Virus record (IMG/VR): IMGVR_UViG_3300025030_000071
Location: 22,749-86,748 of that record
DNA length: 64,000 bases
Reading direction: 5' to 3' (one strand)
Source: a virus
Each line of letters opens with the position of its first letter. Position 1 is the first letter of the stretch. Below the pieces are notes generated by a model. The model did no database searches. It was not told the DNA's origin and worked only from the letters and a program-made list of their open reading frames with translations. This document shows, piece by piece, positions 17,923-27,449 of the stretch. Made by a program: the position numbers and the translations under genes.

Positions 17923-20900
17923 ATGGAAGAAAAGCCTCTTATCAGTGGTGTTGATAAAAAGCCTTTTATCGAAGTCACCAACCATGAATACGATGAATCT
18001 AGAAGATGGACCCAGGGGCTAACTTATCTTGCTCTATCAAGTGTGGCTTTAGTTGGTGTTAGGTTCGCCAGCAATATTACTTTAAATATAGATCCAAGTA
18101 GATTATCTTATCTTACTCAGGGTCTTGGCAACTGGTGGGAAGTAGCTGGTTATCAATTAGATGCAACTGGCAAAACCCCAGTTAGATTAAGAGACTTCGC
18201 CTTAGAAGGCATCAAGCGTGTCGAAGAAACCATGGGGGGCATTCCGAGAACCTTCGGTCTCTTTGGATATGCTTCCGCCGGCACGCTGACAACTCCTGCC
18301 TCTCGTTTAACAATTCCCCCAGAAGCTCTTGTTGGAGCTAGATCCCATTACGAAACCCTCTTAGGTGAAGCTGGTCATACTCTAACCCCAGAGGACATGA
18401 TCAGAGGCTTCAAGGTCCAGCCGCACGAAGGCAGACCAGCTTTGTTCCGCCTTGCCCCTGACAGTAGTATCTCTGGCGACCCACTTATCTCCGATGTAGA
18501 TATCAGAGCACGTCGTTGGCAGGTCGAAAAGGACTCCCTTCGAGATGCTGAAGGTCGCCTCAAATACCAACACGTAATCAAAGAAACAGAAGTCTACAGT
18601 GATATCGCCGGCGCCAAACCAATCAGCAGAAACAATGAATTCAGATATGTAGTAACTAAAGCTACTGGTAAACCAAAAATCTCTGGAGTCTTGAGAGAAG
18701 CGTTAGAACCATTCCTTAATGTTGATAAGTTAGAATCAAAGATAAACATTCCTCCAGAAGCCCACAAAGTACTTCAAGGTGCTCAGGTATTTGGAAAGCG
18801 CATGACGGAACGTTATATGCGTGTTCTAGATAGCCCGTTGGAATTCATAGAAGAAGTTGTTTATGGTGGACCTTCTTCTGAAAGAGGACTTCTTAAAAAG
18901 AGTATTGAAAGCAAACCATATTCATTCTTTAAGAATGTCTTGGGTGCAGGAGGGGATTATTCAGGCACTGCTTTAGACTTGTGGGGTCGTCATATAAGCA
19001 GGCTCCTGCCAATTGTTGTTGGTGGTGCAGCTGCTTATGAAGTCGGCTCTGCTGTAACAAATCTTTTCTTTGGCAGAAATCTAGAACAGATGGGAGGAGA
19101 AGCTGTTGCAGCAGGTGAAAGAACTTATGCTGGCATCTCTGACCTTACAGGCCTAACTGCTCTAAACAAATATCAAAAAGACAAAGCAGAAGGCTCTCAC
19201 CGGCTCTTAGGCGTTATGGCTTTTCCACTTTCGGGTGCTCTAACTGGATGGGTAGCCGCCGGCCTAACAAACAAATTAGCAACCCCTGAAGGCGTTTTCC
19301 CTTGGGCACATGCCAGAGAAGCGGTCCATGATGCCCCAGCTATTCTCCAGAAAGCGGAAAAGGTTCCACTCCTAGGTAAACTCTTTGGTGCTGGGATGAC
19401 TAGAGGAGCTAAATTCGCTGGGATAGGTGGAGCTATTGGCGGGCTTCTTTCATTACCATTCTTAATTGGTTCTTTAGGTTCCGGCTCCTCCTATAGGGAA
19501 GTGGCTGCTGAGCAGTCTGGAGAAGCTGAAGTATCTATAAAGAAAGGAAGATTTTGGGAATCCGGAAAGTCGGACATCGAGGGCGAAGGAGAACAGATCT
19601 ATACTGAAGGCTGGTATAGAAGATTAATGAACGAAGGCATAGACGACCTTAATTATGGAGACTATGCTGACAGACCTTTCTCAAGAATGATTAAAGGAGT
19701 TACAGATCCCTACTACATTGAAAAAGAAATGTATCATGAAAGACCTTACCCAATTGCAACAGCAGATGATTCTTTTGCGGGTCCGTTAGGTCCAATCTGG
19801 GCGGCCACAATAGGTAGAGTTCTAAAGCCAACCAAATATATGCATGCTGATGAAACATCCGCAGGCGGCCTCGAAGGCATCCAGCAAGGCGAAGCAATCC
19901 AGTATGGGAAGGACGTCTCTCAAGCCCCAGGAGGCGATTTAAGGAGTTCTGGACCTGCGCCTGCACTCACCCCCTTAAGCCCATCCTTCACAGCCGGAGA
20001 AACGATCTACAGAGCTTCTGACGCTGCTGGTTTACCTGGTTATATATTAAGCGAAGCCCTCGGCTCAGACTCTTGGTGGGCTGACAAACCAGTACTTGCT
20101 TCTTCAAGTGATATTGGCAATATGCGTAATTCATTCTGGGATTGGGAAATTGGTGGTGGCGCCATGACCAGTGAGGGAATCCGCAGATTTCTTCCCAAAG
20201 ACAGAACTGATATCCAAACCGTTAACCCAATTGCAAACGATATGCCTGCATGGCTCCCAGGGGCTGATTACTTCCAAGGCTCATTCTTGGAAGGGGACCC
20301 TTACTCTGGCAGAAGGATGAAGGAAAGACTGCCAGGCCCTGGTTTCGCTTCTCGCTTCCCAGAATTGGAAGATGTTCCATATGAAGAATATCCTGATATC
20401 TTCAAGTACAAGATATTAGCCGATGTTGCTAGGTCAAGTGATGAGTTTAAAGAAGTAGCTGGCAGAGTTAAAAACCAAGCAGACTCTGGAGAACTCCCCT
20501 ATAGAGATCAGGCTATTTATGCTGGGACCCAAGCACAACTCTTAGAAAGAGAAAAGAAACTTTCATTTAGAGGAGAGCCAGAAGGCATCTTAGGCAACTA
20601 CTGGGCGGGTCTAACCTCAGCCGGCCACCTAAACCCAGTTGAACATTTACTGCCCACCTCTCCTGTACATAAATCCTCAGGACCAGTTTCACCAATCCAG
20701 ACTTATGAAGAACGAGAAGTATACAGCAAGACTTCTCCTCAATGGAATAAACCAATAAGTGATTTCATTTTACCAGCAGCTAGAACAGCCGTTGCCGCAA
20801 CTGGTGTCGATTTCATCCCAGCTCCAGTCCAAGAAGAGCGAGATCTAAAACAATACTTTGATATCTTAGATTATACTAAAGCTAAAAAACTAGAAGGTGC

Positions 20901-21726
20901 TGCTAGAGAACAAGGTGAAGGCAGAGCTGCTTTTGCTTTTGCTAGAAAAGCTGAATTCACTATGTACGGTGCTGATCCATATGCCGACGTAGAGACAGTT
21001 GAGAAGGTAATCCCCCGAGAAGAGAAACCATACTTCAGGGAATTTGTTGCTGAAGATGACCCAGAAGTTAGAAAGAGAGTGCTTGAAGCCTCTCCAGCAT
21101 ATATGAAGAAATTCTATATGGCTCAATGGCAAAAGAAACTCTATGGGTTCTTAGCCTCCAAAGATGAAATCTCTGACCAAGAATCAGAAGCCATGCAGGC
21201 TATTGAAGCTTCTAGAGCCTTAGAAGGCCAGTCAGCTTCAATGGATATGTTCGGGGACTACTACTCAGGTGTTCAATCAGGTGATATAAGACCTAACACC
21301 TTTCCTGATTTTATTAGGGCAAAAAGATTAGAGGGTTATTTTGAAGAAGAATCTCCTTTTAATGCACCAGCTTCGGATTGGATCGGCTACAATCCTGGTG
21401 CTAATATGGACAGTATCAAGCTAAAAGTAGTACAAGCAGAAGGACTCGACCACCACGATTTCGATTTGTGGGAAGATGATTCAGCCCAGGCTGAACGAGA
21501 TTTGTACGCTGCCGAAGGTGCTAGGGATCTAATGAATGGCCCTGGAGAAGACCCTAACGAATTATCTAAATCTTTAATGGCTCTTAGATTAAGAGATTTG
21601 GATGTTCAGTTCACCAGTTCACCAGGAGACAAAACTAGAATAGTTTTAGATCTTGCGATGGATAAACGTGGTGAGATTAAGCGCCAACTTGAGCTTCAAG
21701 GGATCAGGTATGGAGTCGACACGTAA
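17923..21726 (+). CDS. Tape measure / ejection-type protein with multiple hydrophobic segments
   Basis: 1267 aa directly after chaperones; Gly/Ala hydrophobic helices (LLPIVVGGAAAY, LLGVMAFPLSGALTGWVAAGL, FAGIGGAIGGLLSLPFLIG). Confidence 0.6.
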   Translation: MEEKPLISGVDKKPFIEVTNHEYDESRRWTQGLTYLALSSVALVGVRFASNITLNIDPSRLSYLTQGLGNWWEVAGYQLDATGKTPVRLRDFALEGIKRVEETMGGIPRTFGLFGYASAGTLTTPASRLTIPPEALVGARSHYETLLGEAGHTLTPEDMIRGFKVQPHEGRPALFRLAPDSSISGDPLISDVDIRARRWQVEKDSLRDAEGRLKYQHVIKETEVYSDIAGAKPISRNNEFRYVVTKATGKPKISGVLREALEPFLNVDKLESKINIPPEAHKVLQGAQVFGKRMTERYMRVLDSPLEFIEEVVYGGPSSERGLLKKSIESKPYSFFKNVLGAGGDYSGTALDLWGRHISRLLPIVVGGAAAYEVGSAVTNLFFGRNLEQMGGEAVAAGERTYAGISDLTGLTALNKYQKDKAEGSHRLLGVMAFPLSGALTGWVAAGLTNKLATPEGVFPWAHAREAVHDAPAILQKAEKVPLLGKLFGAGMTRGAKFAGIGGAIGGLLSLPFLIGSLGSGSSYREVAAEQSGEAEVSIKKGRFWESGKSDIEGEGEQIYTEGWYRRLMNEGIDDLNYGDYADRPFSRMIKGVTDPYYIEKEMYHERPYPIATADDSFAGPLGPIWAATIGRVLKPTKYMHADETSAGGLEGIQQGEAIQYGKDVSQAPGGDLRSSGPAPALTPLSPSFTAGETIYRASDAAGLPGYILSEALGSDSWWADKPVLASSSDIGNMRNSFWDWEIGGGAMTSEGIRRFLPKDRTDIQTVNPIANDMPAWLPGADYFQGSFLEGDPYSGRRMKERLPGPGFASRFPELEDVPYEEYPDIFKYKILADVARSSDEFKEVAGRVKNQADSGELPYRDQAIYAGTQAQLLEREKKLSFRGEPEGILGNYWAGLTSAGHLNPVEHLLPTSPVHKSSGPVSPIQTYEEREVYSKTSPQWNKPISDFILPAARTAVAATGVDFIPAPVQEERDLKQYFDILDYTKAKKLEGAAREQGEGRAAFAFARKAEFTMYGADPYADVETVEKVIPREEKPYFREFVAEDDPEVRKRVLEASPAYMKKFYMAQWQKKLYGFLASKDEISDQESEAMQAIEASRALEGQSASMDMFGDYYSGVQSGDIRPNTFPDFIRAKRLEGYFEEESPFNAPASDWIGYNPGANMDSIKLKVVQAEGLDHHDFDLWEDDSAQAERDLYAAEGARDLMNGPGEDPNELSKSLMALRLRDLDVQFTSSPGDKTRIVLDLAMDKRGEIKRQLELQGIRYGVDT

Positions 21727-24700
21727 TGGGTAACAGTAGCGATTCATTCTGGGGGGAGTATGTAGCTCCAGCTGCCTTATTAACGGGAGCCGGGATCACT
21801 GGCTATCGCACATTCCAACAAGTAAGTGCAGGTCGTATATCTGCACCTTGGCGCCAGCAAAAAGAACAAAAAGACCTTCTCCAAAAACTAAAGAGTGCAA
21901 GAGCTAACCGCTATGAAATCTCTGCAACTGATTTAGCAGATGCTTTAGACTTTGATACTAGCCGATATAAAGGCTTTAACATCTTTACAAAGAACAGAAG
22001 CAAAATTGAACCAGCATTTAAAACAGCCAAAGAACTAACCGTCAAGAGCCTATTACGTTCTTTTAACTTAAGCTCCTATGCTCAAACAGAACTAAAGGTT
22101 AACTTAGAGAATTTAGGCGATATATCAGCAGCTAACCTAAGGCATTTAATAGGGCTTTCGCCAAGCCACAAACAGCATGTTGAAAGAGTTGCTCGCTCAA
22201 CGGGTTTATTACATTTAGTGGATATCCCTGGCGCTGATACGGCAACAGGTCAATCGCTAGAAAAAAGAGCTAAGTTAGCTTACAAACAACTCATCACAGG
22301 GCATGAAGGACTTATAGACAGAACAGCTCCTGATCTTGGTGCTTTTATGGAAGAGCATAATATCTCAAGCGAGATACAAAAGCACAGAAGAATAAAACAG
22401 ATACAGATGGATTCTCCCGAAGTTATCGCTGCATATTTTGAAGAATATGGCTTTGGCAAAAGAGAAGACTTAATAGCTAAAACCCATCGTCTTTTCCAAG
22501 CCGCTAAAGGCAAGGGGTTAAAGACTCAATTAATCCTCTTAAAAGAAGGCGCCAGAACAGAACTCTCCCAAGTAAGAATCTCAAGTGGTAAAGCATTCCA
22601 GGATATCCCAATCCAGCAAGCTAACGGAAGAATAAGACTTGGTGCATTAAGCCCAACTGAATATGTAGCTAGACAGGCTTTAAATCCAGGAGAAATGAGA
22701 TCATATTTAGCTGGCAATAAAGGCACAAAGATCAGTATGGGTGCTGACGAATTCCTGATGGATTACTTTACTGAGAATATGGATGATCTTGTTGAAGGCG
22801 ATAAGTACAAGAGGTTTGTACGTTCTCATATCCAAGTAGGCAGAGAAGATATGGGTAGATTACTCATCCCTACTGTTGCTAATGAAGGACTCAATGTAAA
22901 GCGTGTCTATGAAATGGCTGCTAAAGGATTTGGCGCTTCTGCCGACGAACTCTCTTCTTTGAGAAAGATGTTAGCTGAACGCAATAACTACGACCCAGTC
23001 GCTGGCCTCGGTCCAAACCAGGTTACAAATGATGTTTTTACCCTTCCTCATCCTAGCGGGAGAATAGCAGGTTCACTTCCGGTAGGATACTCTGCTGATT
23101 CCAGAACTACAGCCCAGAGATCACGTCCTTTTAAAATCTTAAATGAAGGTAGGGGCGCAAGTACTAAATTTGTGGGGATGTTAGAAGAGCAATCAGGGGA
23201 CCAGATGCTGCGCATGCGCACAGCGGCAATTCCAGAAGAACATTTAAATGCTTTGCTTGCTGGCTCCAGTAGACCTGAGCTAAGAGCTAATGATGATATC
23301 CTATTTTTATTGGATCGTAATATTAGATATGGTGAAAGCCGCACCATAAGATTAGGTAAAAGCAATCTTCAATCTGCCAAACTTGAAGAACTTCTACAAA
23401 ACGAGACATTAAGGAGGCACGCTTTTGGAGAAGGCATCCAAGCTAGAATCTCTTTCCTTGAAGGTTTAGGTGGAGATACCATAACCGCAGAACAAAAAGC
23501 GGAAAGAGATCTGTTAGAACAAGCTAGAAGGATTTCTCCATCTGAAATTCTTGGGGAATCCTCAAAGGGGGGCTTTCAGAAAGGCCCAAAGTCTGGGAAT
23601 TTTCTTCTAGACAAAATCTTAGAAGATCCAAAGACTGGTGAACTTGCTTTAGCAGGGATGGACGAAAGAACCTTGGGGGATACTGAAAAACTCTTCGGCA
23701 ATAAAAAAGTTATTCAGATGGTGCCTGCAAGGACAGAATTCCGGGGTCTGGCTACTATATATGAAATGGCCAAAGGGTCGTCAGACATATTGCCAATTAT
23801 GGCGCTACCTGAAGGGCCAGAACGTGCCGCTGCATTAAAAGATTTCTATGGTAAATATATGGATGCTTTCCGCAGAAGCTACGGTAAGGCAATAAAATCC
23901 AACAACGGATTTACTTATAGGATTGACCCCAACACAGGTTCTACACACCACATCACTGTAGAAGAAATCATTCGAGGTACCCCAGAATTTAGGGATTTTG
24001 AATTAGGTCCACCAACGGAACCAGAAGTCTTGAGAAGAGCCCCAATTGAAGAGGCTTTAAGAAGAACCCGGGGGGTACAAGCAGTTGAGTCTCAGGGTAT
24101 AAAGAAAATAGGTGAAAAATCCCTAGATACAATCACGACTGCTATGCTTGCAGAACTTTCTGAAAGACACCAGGGAATAGTTAGGGAAGCCGATACAGCA
24201 GCTGCTCATCTCGCAGGTTCTAGTGGCCTAGGTGGCGATTATTCTGATTGGCAAAGAGCCTATTCAGAAGGAGGCGCAGAAAAAGCAAGATTCGGCCATG
24301 CCTTAAGAAGTGGGATAAAAGGTGAAGAATTGGCAGCGGCCAGAGCTGGGATGAAGCGAGCGAAATGGCTTTCTTCTGAAACTGCAAGACTAGACCCCTC
24401 AGTTCAAGGATCCCAATTTACAATTGGCCAATACCAAAAAGAAAGAAGAGACATAGAAGGTTTCTTCGCAGAAGTCGGCATCACCCCAGGAAAAGATAAC
24501 ATCTATAGATATCAAGATGCCCTTACCACATTAAGAGACCCTAGATCAACACAAAATGTAACCAACTTGTTTGATAAGGCCTTGGGGCTTACAAGAGACA
24601 TCGGGATGAGAAATAAGCTTTCTCTTTGGAGCACATCTCAACTCTTTGCAGATATTGCCTCACAACTAGAAGGGTTCAAGGAGAAAGGAGATCTAAGTAC

Positions 24701-27449
24701 TAAAGGCTTAGCAATTAGAGAATTGCTCTGGAAGGACCAGCAAGTAACTGCTGAGATGCTGGACCAGGCCATCCAACAATTCCAAACCCTTGGTAGCCGG
24801 AGTCGCAAAAATGCGGATATCGCTTTTGACCAAATGGTAAAAGGCGAAATGAAGGTTGGCCCTATGGCCAATCTGGACCCCAAACAAATTAGAGAACTTA
24901 TCATCAGAGGAGTTGAACCGCAATTACAGCATCAAGTTTACAACCTGCCGGTAGCAATAGGCGGCAGGTCTACCCTTACAAGTGCTTCTGGCGGCATGGG
25001 TTCTATGAGCTTAGCGAATGTTGGCCACATGAGAGAACAAGGCGGGGTAATGGCCGAATTAGCTGATGAACTTTTAGGCAGACAAACTGGTACCAAATTA
25101 GAACAAGCACAAGAAATTGCGAAAAGATTTACTGCTTTCCAGGGAACAATCCCAGAAGGAATCCAAGCAATTCCATTAGCAGAATTTGCTAACAACTCTG
25201 GGGTAGGCAATGACTATATAGAAGGGCTTTTCAGCCCGACCCAGCCAGAACGAAATGCAGCCTTTGACAAGATTGGTGCTCAGTATGGATTAGACAAACC
25301 ACAGTCTTTGTACTTTGATATTGGTGGCGGAAAATACATCTATCACCCGAGGGCCACTAGCCCACAAACTGGCTCTTTTATTACCTCGGAAGGCCAAGCA
25401 ATCCGGAGTGATCTAGATAAATCATTTGCTGATATTATTAAGGGCCACCAGGTAAATAGCCCTAGTTTAATAGAAAGTGGAAAAAAGGCTTATGGGGAAG
25501 CGATAGTAGAAAGTACTATCGGTCGTGACAAACCACTCATAAAAGCTTACTCTGGAAAAGTTCTAGGATCTATGCGTGGTCAGGCTCGCCCACAATTATC
25601 AGAAGAATTCTTTACTTACTTAAAAGATAAAGGTCTTACTCATAGAGTTGGGATTAGAGAAGCAACCTTCCAGTCCATGTCAGCCCAGGCTGGGATGGTC
25701 GACCAATACAAAGAAGGTTTGGGGTCATTGCGCAGAGGCGAATATGGCATGGTCCTAAGTCGAGACCCACAAACAGAACTTTATAGAACAATGGCGGCTC
25801 AGGGCTATAGTCTTGACGAAGCAGTGGGAGAGTTCACTGATAAAAGACTAAGCGGCATGAGCTTAGAAGAAAAACAATTAGAACTGGTTGGGGTAACAGG
25901 CGAAGAAAAATATAATAAATTTAGAGAAAATTATTTAGAAAAGAGTAGGAAAGCACAGGAAGCAGTGGCTCTGGCACGTAAAAAGCTTGCAGATTCGCAT
26001 CCGAATGCAGACCAAAGACCTTTTGAGAGAAGGGTCGAGAAAGCTGAAAGAAGATTGGAAAAGTTAGGCAGCTGGGAAGGAGCTATTAGCGAGAAAATAA
26101 AGAAGAGCAGATTGGCCGCCTTTGGGAAAGAAGGTGTTTATCTTCCAGAACATGTGTTAAAAGGTCTGGGCGCCGACTTCGACGATGACCAAGTAAACCT
26201 TTTCTTAGCCAAAGACAAAAATGCACGTCAGCGTTTGTCAGAAAGAGCAGGCCACCAAAACGATCTTGTTGCAAGTTGGATGGACCAAACAAATAAAGGC
26301 ATGGCAGATACAGACATTGTGGCGCAGGTAAGAGCAGGCAGAACTGACGAGATGATGAGACCTGAACAACTTCTAGCAGAAGAGGATTTCCTTTACAAGG
26401 CCAAACACAAAGCCTTATACAGCCAGCTCTATGACCGTCCTGGCGGTATTATATCAGCAGAAGCACTTATGCCTGGAACCCCAGAATGGAAACAAAGAGT
26501 AATAGGCGAAATGACAATGGCCCAACTAGAAAAAGGTGAGATCGGTTCCATGTCCAATGCTGTTGACTTTGTTAGAACATCTTTAAGAGCTAAGACTTCT
26601 TCAGATAAAGCTTCAGGAAAATTGTTTACTGAAATGCTATTAGGCATCATGCCAGAGTTACCCCTAAAGGGCAAACAGTACGGCGCCCAGGGCATCGAAG
26701 AAGCAAAAATCCATATCCTTAACTTAAGAAATATCTTGTCTGGCAGAGCGCCAATTTCTACTAGCCCTCAGGCACTTTCAGAAAGCTTTCAGGCTTCATT
26801 CAAGAGCATCATGGGGAGCCATCCAGTTGTTGAAGATATGATGAAATTTGTTCCCGATGTGATAGCTGAGGTTAAAGCTGGCAGCCGTGGAGAAAACGTT
26901 TTTACAAGAATGCTTAAATCTAGACAAGCGGCAGAAGTAAACTTAGACCATTTAATGAAACTGGCCATGGACCCAACCGTGCCATCTCCACAAGGAGAAC
27001 TGATAAGGGAAGCAGCTGGCCAAGCTCCAAGCAAAACAGGTGAAGCTGGAAGACATATTAAGAATGCAAGAGAATCTTTTAGTGATGTTTATAACATAAT
27101 GAAGAAAAATAAAGGTCCTTTGCTTATTGGTGCCGCTGCCGCAGTCGGTGTCTCAATGTTATTGGGAAGTCCAGGGCATATCTCAGAAGAGGAAGCTAAC
27201 GCTGCCGGCGCCAGGCACCAGCCATCTGGAGACCCATCAATCCCACCAATTGAATCAGGGAACTTTGCAAGAGTATCTCCTAGCTCTGGTGGTTCAATCA
27301 GAATTCGTGGAACAGCAGATAGTTCAGTAAGTCAGCAAAGTGTATTATCAATGCTTCAGTCAAAGTATCCTGGAGCTGATGTTTCATATAATATTAATGA
27401 TTATAGTTCATCAATCAACGAAGAGTACTTACGTAGAAGGGTAGGATAA
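21726..27449 (+). CDS. Giant tail-locus protein with two-barrel RNA polymerase-like motifs (candidate virion RNAP)
   Basis: GDTEKLFGNKKVI (beta-like), SGKVLGSMRG and VLSRDP (beta'-like), GADFDDDQ (26169-26192), IGSMSN, in the expected order. Confidence 0.65.
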   Translation: MGNSSDSFWGEYVAPAALLTGAGITGYRTFQQVSAGRISAPWRQQKEQKDLLQKLKSARANRYEISATDLADALDFDTSRYKGFNIFTKNRSKIEPAFKTAKELTVKSLLRSFNLSSYAQTELKVNLENLGDISAANLRHLIGLSPSHKQHVERVARSTGLLHLVDIPGADTATGQSLEKRAKLAYKQLITGHEGLIDRTAPDLGAFMEEHNISSEIQKHRRIKQIQMDSPEVIAAYFEEYGFGKREDLIAKTHRLFQAAKGKGLKTQLILLKEGARTELSQVRISSGKAFQDIPIQQANGRIRLGALSPTEYVARQALNPGEMRSYLAGNKGTKISMGADEFLMDYFTENMDDLVEGDKYKRFVRSHIQVGREDMGRLLIPTVANEGLNVKRVYEMAAKGFGASADELSSLRKMLAERNNYDPVAGLGPNQVTNDVFTLPHPSGRIAGSLPVGYSADSRTTAQRSRPFKILNEGRGASTKFVGMLEEQSGDQMLRMRTAAIPEEHLNALLAGSSRPELRANDDILFLLDRNIRYGESRTIRLGKSNLQSAKLEELLQNETLRRHAFGEGIQARISFLEGLGGDTITAEQKAERDLLEQARRISPSEILGESSKGGFQKGPKSGNFLLDKILEDPKTGELALAGMDERTLGDTEKLFGNKKVIQMVPARTEFRGLATIYEMAKGSSDILPIMALPEGPERAAALKDFYGKYMDAFRRSYGKAIKSNNGFTYRIDPNTGSTHHITVEEIIRGTPEFRDFELGPPTEPEVLRRAPIEEALRRTRGVQAVESQGIKKIGEKSLDTITTAMLAELSERHQGIVREADTAAAHLAGSSGLGGDYSDWQRAYSEGGAEKARFGHALRSGIKGEELAAARAGMKRAKWLSSETARLDPSVQGSQFTIGQYQKERRDIEGFFAEVGITPGKDNIYRYQDALTTLRDPRSTQNVTNLFDKALGLTRDIGMRNKLSLWSTSQLFADIASQLEGFKEKGDLSTKGLAIRELLWKDQQVTAEMLDQAIQQFQTLGSRSRKNADIAFDQMVKGEMKVGPMANLDPKQIRELIIRGVEPQLQHQVYNLPVAIGGRSTLTSASGGMGSMSLANVGHMREQGGVMAELADELLGRQTGTKLEQAQEIAKRFTAFQGTIPEGIQAIPLAEFANNSGVGNDYIEGLFSPTQPERNAAFDKIGAQYGLDKPQSLYFDIGGGKYIYHPRATSPQTGSFITSEGQAIRSDLDKSFADIIKGHQVNSPSLIESGKKAYGEAIVESTIGRDKPLIKAYSGKVLGSMRGQARPQLSEEFFTYLKDKGLTHRVGIREATFQSMSAQAGMVDQYKEGLGSLRRGEYGMVLSRDPQTELYRTMAAQGYSLDEAVGEFTDKRLSGMSLEEKQLELVGVTGEEKYNKFRENYLEKSRKAQEAVALARKKLADSHPNADQRPFERRVEKAERRLEKLGSWEGAISEKIKKSRLAAFGKEGVYLPEHVLKGLGADFDDDQVNLFLAKDKNARQRLSERAGHQNDLVASWMDQTNKGMADTDIVAQVRAGRTDEMMRPEQLLAEEDFLYKAKHKALYSQLYDRPGGIISAEALMPGTPEWKQRVIGEMTMAQLEKGEIGSMSNAVDFVRTSLRAKTSSDKASGKLFTEMLLGIMPELPLKGKQYGAQGIEEAKIHILNLRNILSGRAPISTSPQALSESFQASFKSIMGSHPVVEDMMKFVPDVIAEVKAGSRGENVFTRMLKSRQAAEVNLDHLMKLAMDPTVPSPQGELIREAAGQAPSKTGEAGRHIKNARESFSDVYNIMKKNKGPLLIGAAAAVGVSMLLGSPGHISEEEANAAGARHQPSGDPSIPPIESGNFARVSPSSGGSIRIRGTADSSVSQQSVLSMLQSKYPGADVSYNINDYSSSINEEYLRRRVG

